Source: an uncultured Acidimicrobiaceae bacterium (GTDB taxonomy: Bacteria > Actinomycetota > Acidimicrobiia > Acidimicrobiales > Bog-793). Taken from it: a stretch of 64,000 nt of DNA. This document shows, piece after piece, positions 9,241 through 18,734 of this stretch (position 1 is its first letter; each line of letters opens with the position of its first letter). The notes under the pieces are model-generated. The model was not told where the DNA came from, did not search any database, and saw only the letters and a program-made list of their open reading frames with translations. The stretch covers positions 89,103-153,102 of the forward strand of contig CAVRYE010000005.1 in assembly GCA_963725355.1 (NCBI GenBank), in the 5' to 3' direction. The position numbers were made by a program, and so were the translations under genes.

Positions 9241-10794
9241 TCAGGGCGAGATCGGGATAGCTCCCAGTGCCGTTGTCTGGCCGTGGCTGGGCGTGAACTG
9301 CTCTTCGACGAGCACCGGGGCGCTCGAGGAGATCTCCAGGGCGAACCCTGCGACGTTGTGCATGATCCGGCCGAGGTTTATGTCGCGCTCTGTGCCGGGG
9401 TAGACCGTCACAGTGGCGAAGCTGACCGGCACGGCCGGCAGCTCCGGCAGTTCGGCCAGACTTACAGAGGCGACCTCGCTGCCCGGGTCGACGAGGGTAA
9501 GGCTGTCGCCGATCTTGGCCGTCACCACAGCCCCGGGCAGAAGCCATCTCTTGCTGGGCCCCCCGGTGCCTGCTGTCACGTCCACAGCCTCGAGGTCAGG
9601 ACCTTGCTGGCGGGCCGTGATGCGGGCGACGACGATCGGCGCGCCTTGAGTGCTCGAGACTACGACCGACCTCGCCCCAAGGCGGGTCCCCGGTGTGATG
9701 GGCGTCTCGAACTCGACTATCCCCCCGGCCGGGACATCTTCGGTGAGCGCCGCCACGCGCCCGGACTGGCCGGGCGGGGCGACACTCACCGAAAGGGGTT
9801 TCGTCCCGGGGTCATAGACCGAGAACATGCTCGTCACCCCTGTTCGCGACTGCAACGCCGTGAAGGACCACCTCGCCAAGGCCCGGTCGGGCCCGACGAG
9901 CAGCGAGGCGCCGGTAAGTCCTAGATGCGTGGTCTTCTCGGCCCCCCCAGCCCCCGATCTCATCGCTACGGTAGCTGCAGTCGTTTCCAGCACCCCGATG
10001 ACCACATCGCCACTCACCGCGGTAGCCGTAAGCGCCAGGGAGCTCACCTGAAAGACCCACCGCCGGAGGTCCAACACGACGAGACCCTTGGCCGGCACGA
10101 CCACGCCCTGGAAAGCGGGCGGCGAGCTCAGACCAGTTCCGTCCGAGACGCTCACGTCCACGACTGCCGGGGTCGCGTCTGGGTCGTAAAGGCTGAGTCG
10201 GACATCTGAGCTGCCATAGGTGCTCCCGGCCGGGATGTAGCCTCGGGGCGCCGAGCCGAGGCTGCACGGCGACGAGACGACGATGGCCCCGCCGCGGCTT
10301 GACAGACCCCGGATGGACTCGGCGACGCCGATCCCGCCCCCGTCACTTTCGACCGACACGGCCGCGAAGCCCGCCGGGCCGGTCTTGGCCAGTGCCAGCA
10401 CGGCCTGGGAGTGCCGGTCCACCTCGAGCCTGGAGTAAGTAACCGAGTTCGCCCTCGAGATCCCCCCGGTAGGCAGGTTCGTCCGAGAAACGCTCACCGT
10501 CACCGCGACGTCAAAAGCCGTCCCGTTCACGATGGCGACACGCGAGCTCGCCTTGCCCGCTCCCACCGGCAGCGGCCCTGGGCAGCGCCAGGCACCCGGC
10601 CGGGAGATCTGGACGACCGGCAGCGGCGGCGACCCGACGAACTGACCGCCCCCGCCCGGCGGGCTGGTTTCGCGCACAAGGCCGTTCACGACGACCAAGA
10701 GCGCCACGGCGATGCTGACTCCGAGCAAGGAACGACCTCTGGGCCCGAGCGCGCCGAGCCTCTGCCGCGAGCGGAGCCTCACGGTTCCGGTCAC
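9241..10794 (-). CDS. secreted/membrane-anchored beta-rich protein, DUF5719-like (family name from memory, unverified)
   Basis: 517 aa with an N-terminal TM/signal segment (LLGVSIAVALLVVV) followed by repetitive V/S/T/G-rich beta-type sequence. GTGA overlap with the upstream GT2 gene. Confidence 0.6.
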   Translation of the reverse strand: MTGTVRLRSRQRLGALGPRGRSLLGVSIAVALLVVVNGLVRETSPPGGGGQFVGSPPLPVVQISRPGAWRCPGPLPVGAGKASSRVAIVNGTAFDVAVTVSVSRTNLPTGGISRANSVTYSRLEVDRHSQAVLALAKTGPAGFAAVSVESDGGGIGVAESIRGLSSRGGAIVVSSPCSLGSAPRGYIPAGSTYGSSDVRLSLYDPDATPAVVDVSVSDGTGLSSPPAFQGVVVPAKGLVVLDLRRWVFQVSSLALTATAVSGDVVIGVLETTAATVAMRSGAGGAEKTTHLGLTGASLLVGPDRALARWSFTALQSRTGVTSMFSVYDPGTKPLSVSVAPPGQSGRVAALTEDVPAGGIVEFETPITPGTRLGARSVVVSSTQGAPIVVARITARQQGPDLEAVDVTAGTGGPSKRWLLPGAVVTAKIGDSLTLVDPGSEVASVSLAELPELPAVPVSFATVTVYPGTERDINLGRIMHNVAGFALEISSSAPVLVEEQFTPSHGQTTALGAIPISP

Positions 10795-13700
10795 GACCGC
10801 GCGCTCGGGGTCGTCTCGGGAATCTGTTGCGACAGCTCAGCTGGCTGGCCCGCGCCGTTTCCCGCTGGGGCGCTCGTGGCCGGGGGGCCTTCGCTCTCAG
10901 TGAGGTCGAAATGTCCTGACCGACGGCGCCTCCTGCGTCGCAGGAAACCTTCGCCGATCGCCAGCACGACGGCAAGCAAGCCGGCCGCCAGACCAAGTGA
11001 TCTCAGCTGGGATGGGGTCGTCCGAGCACCGCCGAGCGCAGCAACCGAGTCTCCAGCCGGACTGTTGGGCGCCGGCCAGGCGACGTTATCGAAGGCGACC
11101 ACGCCTCCTTCGGTGGGGAGCTGGCGCAGGTCGCTTTGCGCTTGGAGCGCCTGGATCAGGCTTGCAGGAGGCTGCACCGAGGCTGGGGTCTGCACCCCTG
11201 GCAGGGACGGGGCGGCGCTGTCGGGCAGGATCAGGTAACGGATTCCCGCCAAGGCCAGCTCCGAACCGAGGCGCACCGTAAGCCCCGCCTCGGCCTGTGT
11301 GATGTCCGTCTCCACCTTGGCACCGACGCCGGGATTGGCGCTCGGCCAAAGGCGCTCACCGCCAGGGGGCCCGTCAAAGCTCACGGCGAGGGCGAGGCCC
11401 CGTCTCACCTGCCATGAGGGCGCAGGCACGCTGGCGGGATCACCCACCCAGAGGACCTCGTAGCCCCGCCCCGACGACCCCGGTGTTGTCCAGTCGAGGA
11501 TCTGCTCGAAACCGACCGAAGCAAGCGCGCTGCGCCCGTCCACCGACGAGACGAGCGTTGGGAAGAGCCCAACGACAAGGCAGACAACAGCGGCGGCACT
11601 GAGGTTCTGGCGCCAACCGAAGCGGCTCTGGGCAAGGTCGACCTCGAAAGCGGCCACACCGAGGCCGACAGCGCCAGCCAGGCAACAAGCGGCGGGGGCC
11701 AGCAGCACCAGGGTTGCCCCCCCACCCGAGCCGAGCCAGCCCACGGCCCCCGCGTAAGCGACCGCGACCGTCGCCAGGGCGGCCACCCACCACCGAGTAG
11801 CCCAGTCGAGGCGGAAGTCACGCGCCACGAAGAGCACGAAACCCGCCCCGAGAGGAATGCCCCACCCGAGCCAGCCGGCACCGATCGGGCCGGCGGCGAA
11901 ACGCAACAGCCTGAGCACGCCCCCTGTCGTGCCCGCGGAGCTGACGGCGCCGGCGAGGATGCTCCACCTCGCCCCGGGCTGAAGGAAGGTCAATGACCAG
12001 GGCAGGCAGCAGACGAAAGCCACCACCAAGGCGCCGGCGGTGACAGCGAGGCCACGCGCGACGGCCGCCAGGCGACCGGCCACGAGAGCCCCGAGCATCA
12101 TGGCGAGCGACAGGGCCGCCACTGCCACCACCGAAGAGGGAGCCAAGGCGGCCAGCACCGCCAGGAGCAGGCCGAAGGGCACCACGTCGGCGGCAACCCC
12201 GCGCCAGCGGACCTCTTCAGCCGGTGGTGCGAAGGGCGCGAGGCGGGTCGCTCGGCAGATGCGCAACATGACAAAGGGCATGCCGGCAAAGGTCACAAGA
12301 GCCTGGATGTCGCCGGCGGCGACACCGTTCCACAAGAGAGGAAGGCCCAGGTAGGCGATCATGCCCGCCAGCCGGGCTCGGCTCGAGCCGAGGGGGCGCA
12401 GGAGTCGGTGCATCCCCACAGCACCAATGACAATCGGGCCCAACAAGAGCAGCTTTTCCACTTGGGCGGTGCTGTTGAAAAGGACCGTGCCCGCTAGCCC
12501 GACCAGGCCAAAGGCCGGAGGCGCCGGCCCGGTGGTCTGCCAACCGGCATCCTGCCAACCCCCGAAGAACTCACGCAGCAAGACCGCTGGGCCAGGGAAG
12601 GGCAGCAGCTGGCCCACTAGAGGTAGGTGACCGGCCAAAAGGTTGCGGATACCGAAGGCGACGACGAGGATCACCGCAGTGATCGCCCAGCCGGTGTGGG
12701 CCGCGCCTTGCGCTGACCTGCGGCGGGCGACAGGCCGGACCGGTTCGGCGTCGTCCTCGTTGCCGAATAGGGACTCCACTGCTGCTCCGTCGGCAACGAC
12801 CGGGCTCAGCGAGGCGGGAAGCAGCGGGCCAACCAGGGCCGCTGGCACCACCTCGAGCGCCGAGCGTCGCCCGCCCCGGCTCATCATTGCTGCCACCGCG
12901 CTATCGGGCTGCTGGCGGACACGGGCCAGAGCCTTGCGAGCGGCCTTGCGCGTCTTGCGATGGCGCCAGTTCCACCACCAGGCGTCCCGGACGCGTTTCG
13001 CGCGAGCGCGATCACCCCGGGTCAGAGCGAGCACGGACTCGACGACCGATCCGGCGGCCAAGTCGACGGCGACGAGCACACGCCTGGGCGGGTCGTAGTT
13101 CTTGAGCACCGAGCGCAATTCATGACGGCGGCGCAGCAAAGCCGCGTCGCCGACGGGCCGAGTGCCGGACTTGGCGAGCTGGAGGTGCCTCACCCGGGCC
13201 GCGGGAGCGACGACGACTCGCGCCCCGGCCACTTGGGCGCGCCAGCAGAGGTCGACGTCCTCCCCGAAAAGCGGCATCTCGGGATCGAAACCACCGAGGG
13301 CCCGGAACAGGTCCGCCCGGACGAGAGTGCAGCCCCCGGGCACGGCGAACACCTCGCGCACCTCATCGTGCTGGGCCTGGTCAAGCTCGCCTGGCTCGAC
13401 ACGCTCGACCATGGCCCCGAAGCGGTCGACACCGACTCCCACCTGCAGCAAGTGGTCGGGGGCGTCCCACTCGACGAGCTTCGGGCCGACGATGCCGGCA
13501 TTGGACCTGTAGGCCTCGCCCACCATGCACCTGACGGCGTCGGGCGTCGGGGCCACGTCGTCGTGACAGATCAACAGGTGAGACGCGCCTTCCACGGCAA
13601 AGAGTGCCTCGTTGGCAGCGGCGGCGAACCCTCCGGCTTCGCCCTGACGAAGGATGAAGGCGCGCGGCAGCACCGCCGCGACACGTGCGGTCAGTTCATC

Positions 13701-13841
13701 GTGGCTCGCGGCGTCGACCACGAGCACATCGAGGTTCGGATAGTCCTGAGCGCCAAGAGCTTCCAGACATTCCTCGAACCACCGACCTGGGTCACTGGCG
13801 ACCACCACGGCGACGACCGGCGGGACTTGCTCCTCCGGCAT
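10791..13841 (-). CDS. large family-2 glycosyltransferase fused to a polytopic membrane domain (~1016 aa)
   Basis: The N-terminus VVAVVVASDPGRWFEECLEALGAQDYPNLDVLVVDAASHDE ... CHDDV ... FGEDVDLCWR is GT2-like. The remaining ~650 aa contain many hydrophobic helices. ATG 13841 is preferred over the track start 13955. Confidence 0.85.
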   Translation of the reverse strand: MPEEQVPPVVAVVVASDPGRWFEECLEALGAQDYPNLDVLVVDAASHDELTARVAAVLPRAFILRQGEAGGFAAAANEALFAVEGASHLLICHDDVAPTPDAVRCMVGEAYRSNAGIVGPKLVEWDAPDHLLQVGVGVDRFGAMVERVEPGELDQAQHDEVREVFAVPGGCTLVRADLFRALGGFDPEMPLFGEDVDLCWRAQVAGARVVVAPAARVRHLQLAKSGTRPVGDAALLRRRHELRSVLKNYDPPRRVLVAVDLAAGSVVESVLALTRGDRARAKRVRDAWWWNWRHRKTRKAARKALARVRQQPDSAVAAMMSRGGRRSALEVVPAALVGPLLPASLSPVVADGAAVESLFGNEDDAEPVRPVARRRSAQGAAHTGWAITAVILVVAFGIRNLLAGHLPLVGQLLPFPGPAVLLREFFGGWQDAGWQTTGPAPPAFGLVGLAGTVLFNSTAQVEKLLLLGPIVIGAVGMHRLLRPLGSSRARLAGMIAYLGLPLLWNGVAAGDIQALVTFAGMPFVMLRICRATRLAPFAPPAEEVRWRGVAADVVPFGLLLAVLAALAPSSVVAVAALSLAMMLGALVAGRLAAVARGLAVTAGALVVAFVCCLPWSLTFLQPGARWSILAGAVSSAGTTGGVLRLLRFAAGPIGAGWLGWGIPLGAGFVLFVARDFRLDWATRWWVAALATVAVAYAGAVGWLGSGGGATLVLLAPAACCLAGAVGLGVAAFEVDLAQSRFGWRQNLSAAAVVCLVVGLFPTLVSSVDGRSALASVGFEQILDWTTPGSSGRGYEVLWVGDPASVPAPSWQVRRGLALAVSFDGPPGGERLWPSANPGVGAKVETDITQAEAGLTVRLGSELALAGIRYLILPDSAAPSLPGVQTPASVQPPASLIQALQAQSDLRQLPTEGGVVAFDNVAWPAPNSPAGDSVAALGGARTTPSQLRSLGLAAGLLAVVLAIGEGFLRRRRRRRSGHFDLTESEGPPATSAPAGNGAGQPAELSQQIPETTPSARS

Positions 13842-13942
13842 CAGGGGCACCACGCTACCGCGGACCCGCCCTCGGGGACTGCCGTCAGGGCGGGCAATAT
13901 GCTTGCTATAGTTAGCACAACAGCAACTATGAGGAGCAACAG

Positions 13943-14299
13943 ATGACCGACACACGGAAGGAGCTGGCCCAGGCAGCCGGAGCGCTGGCTGGTCTGGCCA
14001 GACAGGCTTCCTATGTAGCCATAGGCGCCGGCGTGATCGGCGTACAGAAGGCTCAGGTGCGCCGCAGGCAGATCGCGGACACCGCCGGTCGCGCCGTCAA
14101 GCAAGGCGCAGGCGGTCGCGAGGACGTGGCAAAAGCCGTGAAGGACTTCGACGCCAACGTGGCGCAGGTGATCAAGTTCGTCGACTCAGCACTCGAACCA
14201 GTCTTCCAACGCCTCCCCGGACCGGTCCAGGCCGCTGTCCAGCAGGCCCGGGAGGCCCGTGACGAGCTCAGGGCCCGGGTTCTCGGCCTGGCCGGCTGA
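13943..14299 (+). CDS. hypothetical small Ala/Gln-rich helical protein
   Basis: 118 aa ORF. GAGGAG lies 7 nt upstream of ATG 13943. It fills a gap between divergent/convergent genes. No family recognised. Confidence 0.5.
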   Translation: MTDTRKELAQAAGALAGLARQASYVAIGAGVIGVQKAQVRRRQIADTAGRAVKQGAGGREDVAKAVKDFDANVAQVIKFVDSALEPVFQRLPGPVQAAVQQAREARDELRARVLGLAG

Positions 14300-15193
14300 T
14301 CAGCTGAGGGTCTCGCGCCAATACTCGAGCACGTCGGAGAGGGTGTCTAACAGGCCGATCTCGGGGTGCCAACCGGTCGCGGCCACGAGCTTGGAGGCAT
14401 CGCCTAAGAGCACAGGCACCTCGACAGGACGGAACAGGGCCGGGTCCTCGACGAGCTCGATCCTGTGGGAGGACAGCCCGGCCATCATCGCGGCCAGCTC
14501 GGCGATGCTGACCGCCCGGCCCGAGCAGACGTTGTAGGCCTCGCCGGCGACCCCGGCGCCGGCGAGGAGGCGGTAGGCGCGCACGACGTCACGCACGTCG
14601 GTGAAATCGCGAGAGGCGGCGAGGTTTCCCACCCGGACCTTTCCCGTCTTTTCCACCTCGGCCTCGACTATGCGCCGCGCCAGGGCGGACACGACAAAGC
14701 TGTCGGATTGTCCCGGACCGACATGGTTGAACGGCCTCGCCCGCACCACGCGAAGGCCCCGGCCCAAGAAGGCCTGCAGGCCGAGGAACTCCGCTGCCAC
14801 CTTGCTGGCTGCGTAAGGCGTCACCGGGCGCAGCTCCGCCCGCTCGTCGAGGGCTGTGGCGCCACTTGCGGGCCCGTAGACCTCGGCCGAGCTCACGAGC
14901 ACAACGACCGGAGGCTCCTCCAAGCGGGCGGCAGCTTCAAGGACGTTCAAGGTGCCCATGGCATTGACGTGGAACGTCTCGGCCGGCTCGCTCCACGACT
15001 GGCCCACATGTGTGAGCGCTGCCAGGTGGTAAACGACTTCAGGTGAGGCCGCCTCCATGTCGCTCGAGAGAAGACCCAGGTCCGTCACGTCTATCTCAGG
15101 GCCGGGGGCGGTACTCGAGTCGCCCGCCTCGGCAAGCTGCCTCAGGAGCCAAGCGCCGACAAAGCCCGATCCACCGGTCAGGTAGGCGCGCAC
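14300..15193 (-). CDS. rmd: extended SDR, GDP-4-dehydro-6-deoxy-D-mannose reductase (Rmd)-like
   Basis: TGGSGFVG, YAASKVAAE, ARPFNHVGPGQSDSFVVSA, SRDFTDVRDVVRAY and YNVCSG closely parallel P. aeruginosa Rmd as I recall it. Confidence 0.6.
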   Translation of the reverse strand: MRAYLTGGSGFVGAWLLRQLAEAGDSSTAPGPEIDVTDLGLLSSDMEAASPEVVYHLAALTHVGQSWSEPAETFHVNAMGTLNVLEAAARLEEPPVVVLVSSAEVYGPASGATALDERAELRPVTPYAASKVAAEFLGLQAFLGRGLRVVRARPFNHVGPGQSDSFVVSALARRIVEAEVEKTGKVRVGNLAASRDFTDVRDVVRAYRLLAGAGVAGEAYNVCSGRAVSIAELAAMMAGLSSHRIELVEDPALFRPVEVPVLLGDASKLVAATGWHPEIGLLDTLSDVLEYWRETLS

Positions 15194-15246
15194 GGCCTCA
15201 GGCTACCTGGCCGCCACAAGATCTCCGGACTCACGCGAAGCGGGTT

Positions 15247-16413
15247 TCAGCTGGCGACTGCCAGACGGTAGGCCGCCATGTGGCCGTCGGCGCAGGCATC
15301 CCAGCTGTGTCGGGCGGCGGCGGCGAGGCCTTCCTCCCGGCGTCTTGAGTTCTCCGCTCCCCCGGCCGTCTCCAATATCGCCTCGAGCGCCTCGGCCAGC
15401 GCGGCCGGCTGGCCCGGTGGCACGAGCAGGGCGCTTTGCCCGGCGAGCTCTGCCATGGATGTGCCGGCCGTTGTGACAAGGGGCGCCCCGCAGGCGAGCG
15501 CCTCCAGGGCGGGAAGGCCGAAACCTTCCTCGAGGGACGGGTAGACCACAGCGCGCGCGCGGCGCAACAGCGCCGGCACGTCCGCGTCGGCGACATAGCC
15601 GAGGCGACGGATCCGCCCACTGGCACCGGCGCGGGCGATCGCGTCGAGGGCGGGTTTGGCCTTCCATCCAGCACCACCGGCGAGGACGAGCTCGAGATCG
15701 CCCTGCCCGGTCGCCAGCAGGTCGAAGGCTGCGACGAGATCTACGACCCCTTTACGAGGTTCCATCGTGCCGAGATGGAACAGGTAGGGCTGGCGCAAAT
15801 CGAGGCGCCTGAGCACAGCGGCGTCCGAGCCGGGGGTCTCTTCGTCGGGACGAAAACGGGCCCGGTCCACACCGTTCGGAACCGCCACCACAGGACAGCG
15901 CGGCGAGAGCACCTCCCGCAGCCGACTGGCGGTCGTCTCGCTCACACAGATGATCACGGCCGCATGAGCTGCTGAGTAGCGCGTAGCGGCGCGGAAGAAG
16001 AGAACCTTGCTCGGCTCGTGCCACTCGGGATGGTCGAAGAATGTCATGTCGTGCACCGTCACGACACAGGGCAGCTTGGATCGCCTGGGCATCGTGTAGT
16101 GCGGGCCGTGGTGGACAGCCACGGGCGGCTCGCGAAGGCCCGAGACCACCGAGGCGAGACGGGCCTGCTCATAGAAGAGCCGTGGCACCCGCCCGGGCGG
16201 AGCGACGGCCAGCACACGCTCGTAGTCGACGAGCTCGCCCCATCGCGCGGCGTCGTCGCGCCGAGAGACGAGCCTCAGTCCGCAGTCGTCGCGAAGAGCG
16301 AGGGCCCTTGCCAGCTCGACGATGTAGCGGCCCACGCCCGCAGGATGTTCGGGCACTGCGGTCACGTCCAGGGCGACCTCGACAGGGCCTCCGGAAATGA
16401 AGGAAGGGTTCAT
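15247..16413 (-). CDS. glycosyltransferase family 4 (GT-B, group 1)
   Basis: 388 aa with the EGFGLPALEALACGAPLVT (E-x7-E) motif. Confidence 0.85.
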   Translation of the reverse strand: MNPSFISGGPVEVALDVTAVPEHPAGVGRYIVELARALALRDDCGLRLVSRRDDAARWGELVDYERVLAVAPPGRVPRLFYEQARLASVVSGLREPPVAVHHGPHYTMPRRSKLPCVVTVHDMTFFDHPEWHEPSKVLFFRAATRYSAAHAAVIICVSETTASRLREVLSPRCPVVAVPNGVDRARFRPDEETPGSDAAVLRRLDLRQPYLFHLGTMEPRKGVVDLVAAFDLLATGQGDLELVLAGGAGWKAKPALDAIARAGASGRIRRLGYVADADVPALLRRARAVVYPSLEEGFGLPALEALACGAPLVTTAGTSMAELAGQSALLVPPGQPAALAEALEAILETAGGAENSRRREEGLAAAARHSWDACADGHMAAYRLAVAS

Positions 16414-17537
16414 CGCGGCCCTTTATGACCACTGGCGATCCGCTCCCAGATGGCGACATGACCACGGGCGGTGTCCACCCATCGCAATGCTGCCGCTCGG
16501 GCACGGCCCCTTTCGATCAGGCTCGCCCGCGTCTGCTCGTCACAAGCGGCGGCGAGGAGCCCCTCGGCGATCGAGGAGATGTCGGTCGGCTCGACCTCGA
16601 GCGAGGCGCCACCTGAGCTCGGCACCCGGCTCGCGACCACCGGGGTCCCCTGGGACATCGCCTCCACAACCGGCAGCCCGAAGCCCTCTAAGAGCGGGAC
16701 ATAGGCACAGCACCGGGCGCCCGAGTAGATCGCCGCCAGGGCGCCGCCGTCGACGGCGCCCGCGAAGACGACTCCCGGAGCCGACTCGAGCCTCGAGGCG
16801 GTGAGCGACTCGCCCCACCCGCTCGGCCCGACGATCAAAAGTGGCCAGGGCTCGGGCAGCTTTGCTCTCGCCGCCTCGTAGGCCTCGACAAGACGGAAGA
16901 GGTTCTTGCGCGGCTCCAAGGTGCTCACCGTCAACAGGTAAGGTCCATTGACACCGAGGCTTTCGAGGAGCGCTTGGCCGGCGGCGGCGTCCGGCTCACC
17001 GAGATGGTCGGCGCCTTCTGCCACGACGGCCAGCTTGTCTTCGCTGATGCCCACTCCCGCCCCGAGCACCGCTTCCGCGGTCGCCTCGGAGGGAACGATG
17101 AAGGCCGCGGCCCGCCTGGCCGCTCTCAAGAGGGCGGCCTCATGCCAACGCCTCCCCCGCTCTGGGAAGGCGTCGGGCAGGGACCTCCAGGCGACGTCGT
17201 GGACGACCACGACTAGGGCCGCGCCCCGCGCTGGCCGCGGTGCGGCCAGTGATACCGAGTGAACGATGTCGCTGCCCCGGCCCACCCTCAACAGGCCGCT
17301 GTCCCAGGCGCGGGTCATGAGGGGCCCGGGCAGCAGTGAGCTCGAGACCGGGTACCCGAAGACAGCGAGAGGATCAGGCCCCCTTGCCGGCCGGCTCGCG
17401 ACGAGGCTTATCTGGGGGCGCTCGTCAAAGGGGAGCTCTCCGAGACCTCTGAGCAAGCCAAGGGCGTACGTGCCGATACCTCCCGGCACGCGGCGACGCA
17501 GCTGCTCGGCTGCCACCGACACCGAAACGGCGCTCAC
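16410..17537 (-). CDS. glycosyltransferase family 4
   Basis: 375 aa with EGFGLPVVEAMSQGTPVVAS. ATGA overlap with the downstream GT4 gene. Confidence 0.85.
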   Translation of the reverse strand: MSAVSVSVAAEQLRRRVPGGIGTYALGLLRGLGELPFDERPQISLVASRPARGPDPLAVFGYPVSSSLLPGPLMTRAWDSGLLRVGRGSDIVHSVSLAAPRPARGAALVVVVHDVAWRSLPDAFPERGRRWHEAALLRAARRAAAFIVPSEATAEAVLGAGVGISEDKLAVVAEGADHLGEPDAAAGQALLESLGVNGPYLLTVSTLEPRKNLFRLVEAYEAARAKLPEPWPLLIVGPSGWGESLTASRLESAPGVVFAGAVDGGALAAIYSGARCCAYVPLLEGFGLPVVEAMSQGTPVVASRVPSSGGASLEVEPTDISSIAEGLLAAACDEQTRASLIERGRARAAALRWVDTARGHVAIWERIASGHKGPR

Positions 17538-18703
17538 CTGGTTCCTTCGAGGGCGGCCTCGCGATAGAGCTCGAGCATGCCCGCCGCGGAAGCGGCCCAG
17601 GTGAATGATGCCGCCCGCGCCCGCCCTTTTGCTATAAGGGTCGCCCGCAGGGCTTCGTCGCCGATCACCCGCGCCAGCGCGCCCGCAAGGGCTGCAGGGT
17701 CACCGGGGGCGACAAGCTCGGCGGCGTCGCCGACGACCTCGGGAACTGCACCCGCCGCCGTCGCCACGACGGGGACGCCCGCTGCCATCGCCTCGAGGGG
17801 CGGGAAGCCGAAACCCTCGTACAAAGACGGGTAAGCCAGAACTGCGGCGCCGCAGAGGAGTGCTTGGCGCTCGCCCTCTTCTAGATAGCCGAGGCGCACT
17901 ACCCGCTGTGCGACTCCTGCTCGAGCAACTGCAGCGGCGAAAGCGGCCTCACCCCACCCGGGTGGCCCGGCGACGACGAGCACGAGGTCGTCGTTGTCCG
18001 CCACGAGCTCCGCAAAGGCCGTGACAAGGCTCGGGAGGTCTTTTCGCGGCTCAACTGCCCCGAGGGCAAGCACGTAAGGCGCCTTTGGGGCAAGAGGCTT
18101 CGAAGGCCGGCCCGCAACCGGCCCTGGCTCGATCGCTCGCCTTTCCACGCCGTGGGGCACGACCCGGACGCGCTCAGCCTCGACGCCGAGGAGCTCTACG
18201 ACCTCCTCGCCGACAAAGCGCGATGGCACATGGACAAAAGCGCCTTGCCCGGCTGCCTTTTTCACCAGCTGCGGATAGGCCAACGACGCGGGAAGACACA
18301 GCTGCGGATAGCGGACGGCCGTCAGATCGTGCACCGTCACCACCCGGGCGGCGCGGCGGGTGGGTGGCACGACGTAATTCGTCCCGTGCACCACGTCCAC
18401 GTCCCCGACGAGCCACTCGATGGGCGCTAGCGAGGCCCGCATCCAGACTGCATTGGCAAAGCGTGCAGGTATGTCCCAGGTCCGCACTGCGAGCCCGGCG
18501 CGTTCGGCAGGCACGGTCATCTCGGCCCTCGCGTGCCTGGCGACGGCGTAGCCGCGTACCTCCAATGCGTCGCGCCCGATGAGGGCGCCCACCAGACCCG
18601 CGCAAAAGCGGCCCACCCCTGTCTTGTCGCCAGCCAGCGGCAAGATGTCCAGGGCGACACTGAGCCCGGTCGACTCGGCCCGTTTCCCGGCGCGGCCCTT
18701 CAC
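17534..18703 (-). CDS. glycosyltransferase family 4
   Basis: EGFGFPPLEAMAAGVPVVAT. The track ORF start (18787) overlaps cofE. GTG 18703 gives VKGRAGKRAESTGLSVALDILPL..., but the start remains uncertain. Confidence 0.8.
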   Translation of the reverse strand: MKGRAGKRAESTGLSVALDILPLAGDKTGVGRFCAGLVGALIGRDALEVRGYAVARHARAEMTVPAERAGLAVRTWDIPARFANAVWMRASLAPIEWLVGDVDVVHGTNYVVPPTRRAARVVTVHDLTAVRYPQLCLPASLAYPQLVKKAAGQGAFVHVPSRFVGEEVVELLGVEAERVRVVPHGVERRAIEPGPVAGRPSKPLAPKAPYVLALGAVEPRKDLPSLVTAFAELVADNDDLVLVVAGPPGWGEAAFAAAVARAGVAQRVVRLGYLEEGERQALLCGAAVLAYPSLYEGFGFPPLEAMAAGVPVVATAAGAVPEVVGDAAELVAPGDPAALAGALARVIGDEALRATLIAKGRARAASFTWAASAAGMLELYREAALEGTR

Positions 18704-18734
18704 GGCGCCCGCACCGGCCCCGGGCTTCCCGCCA

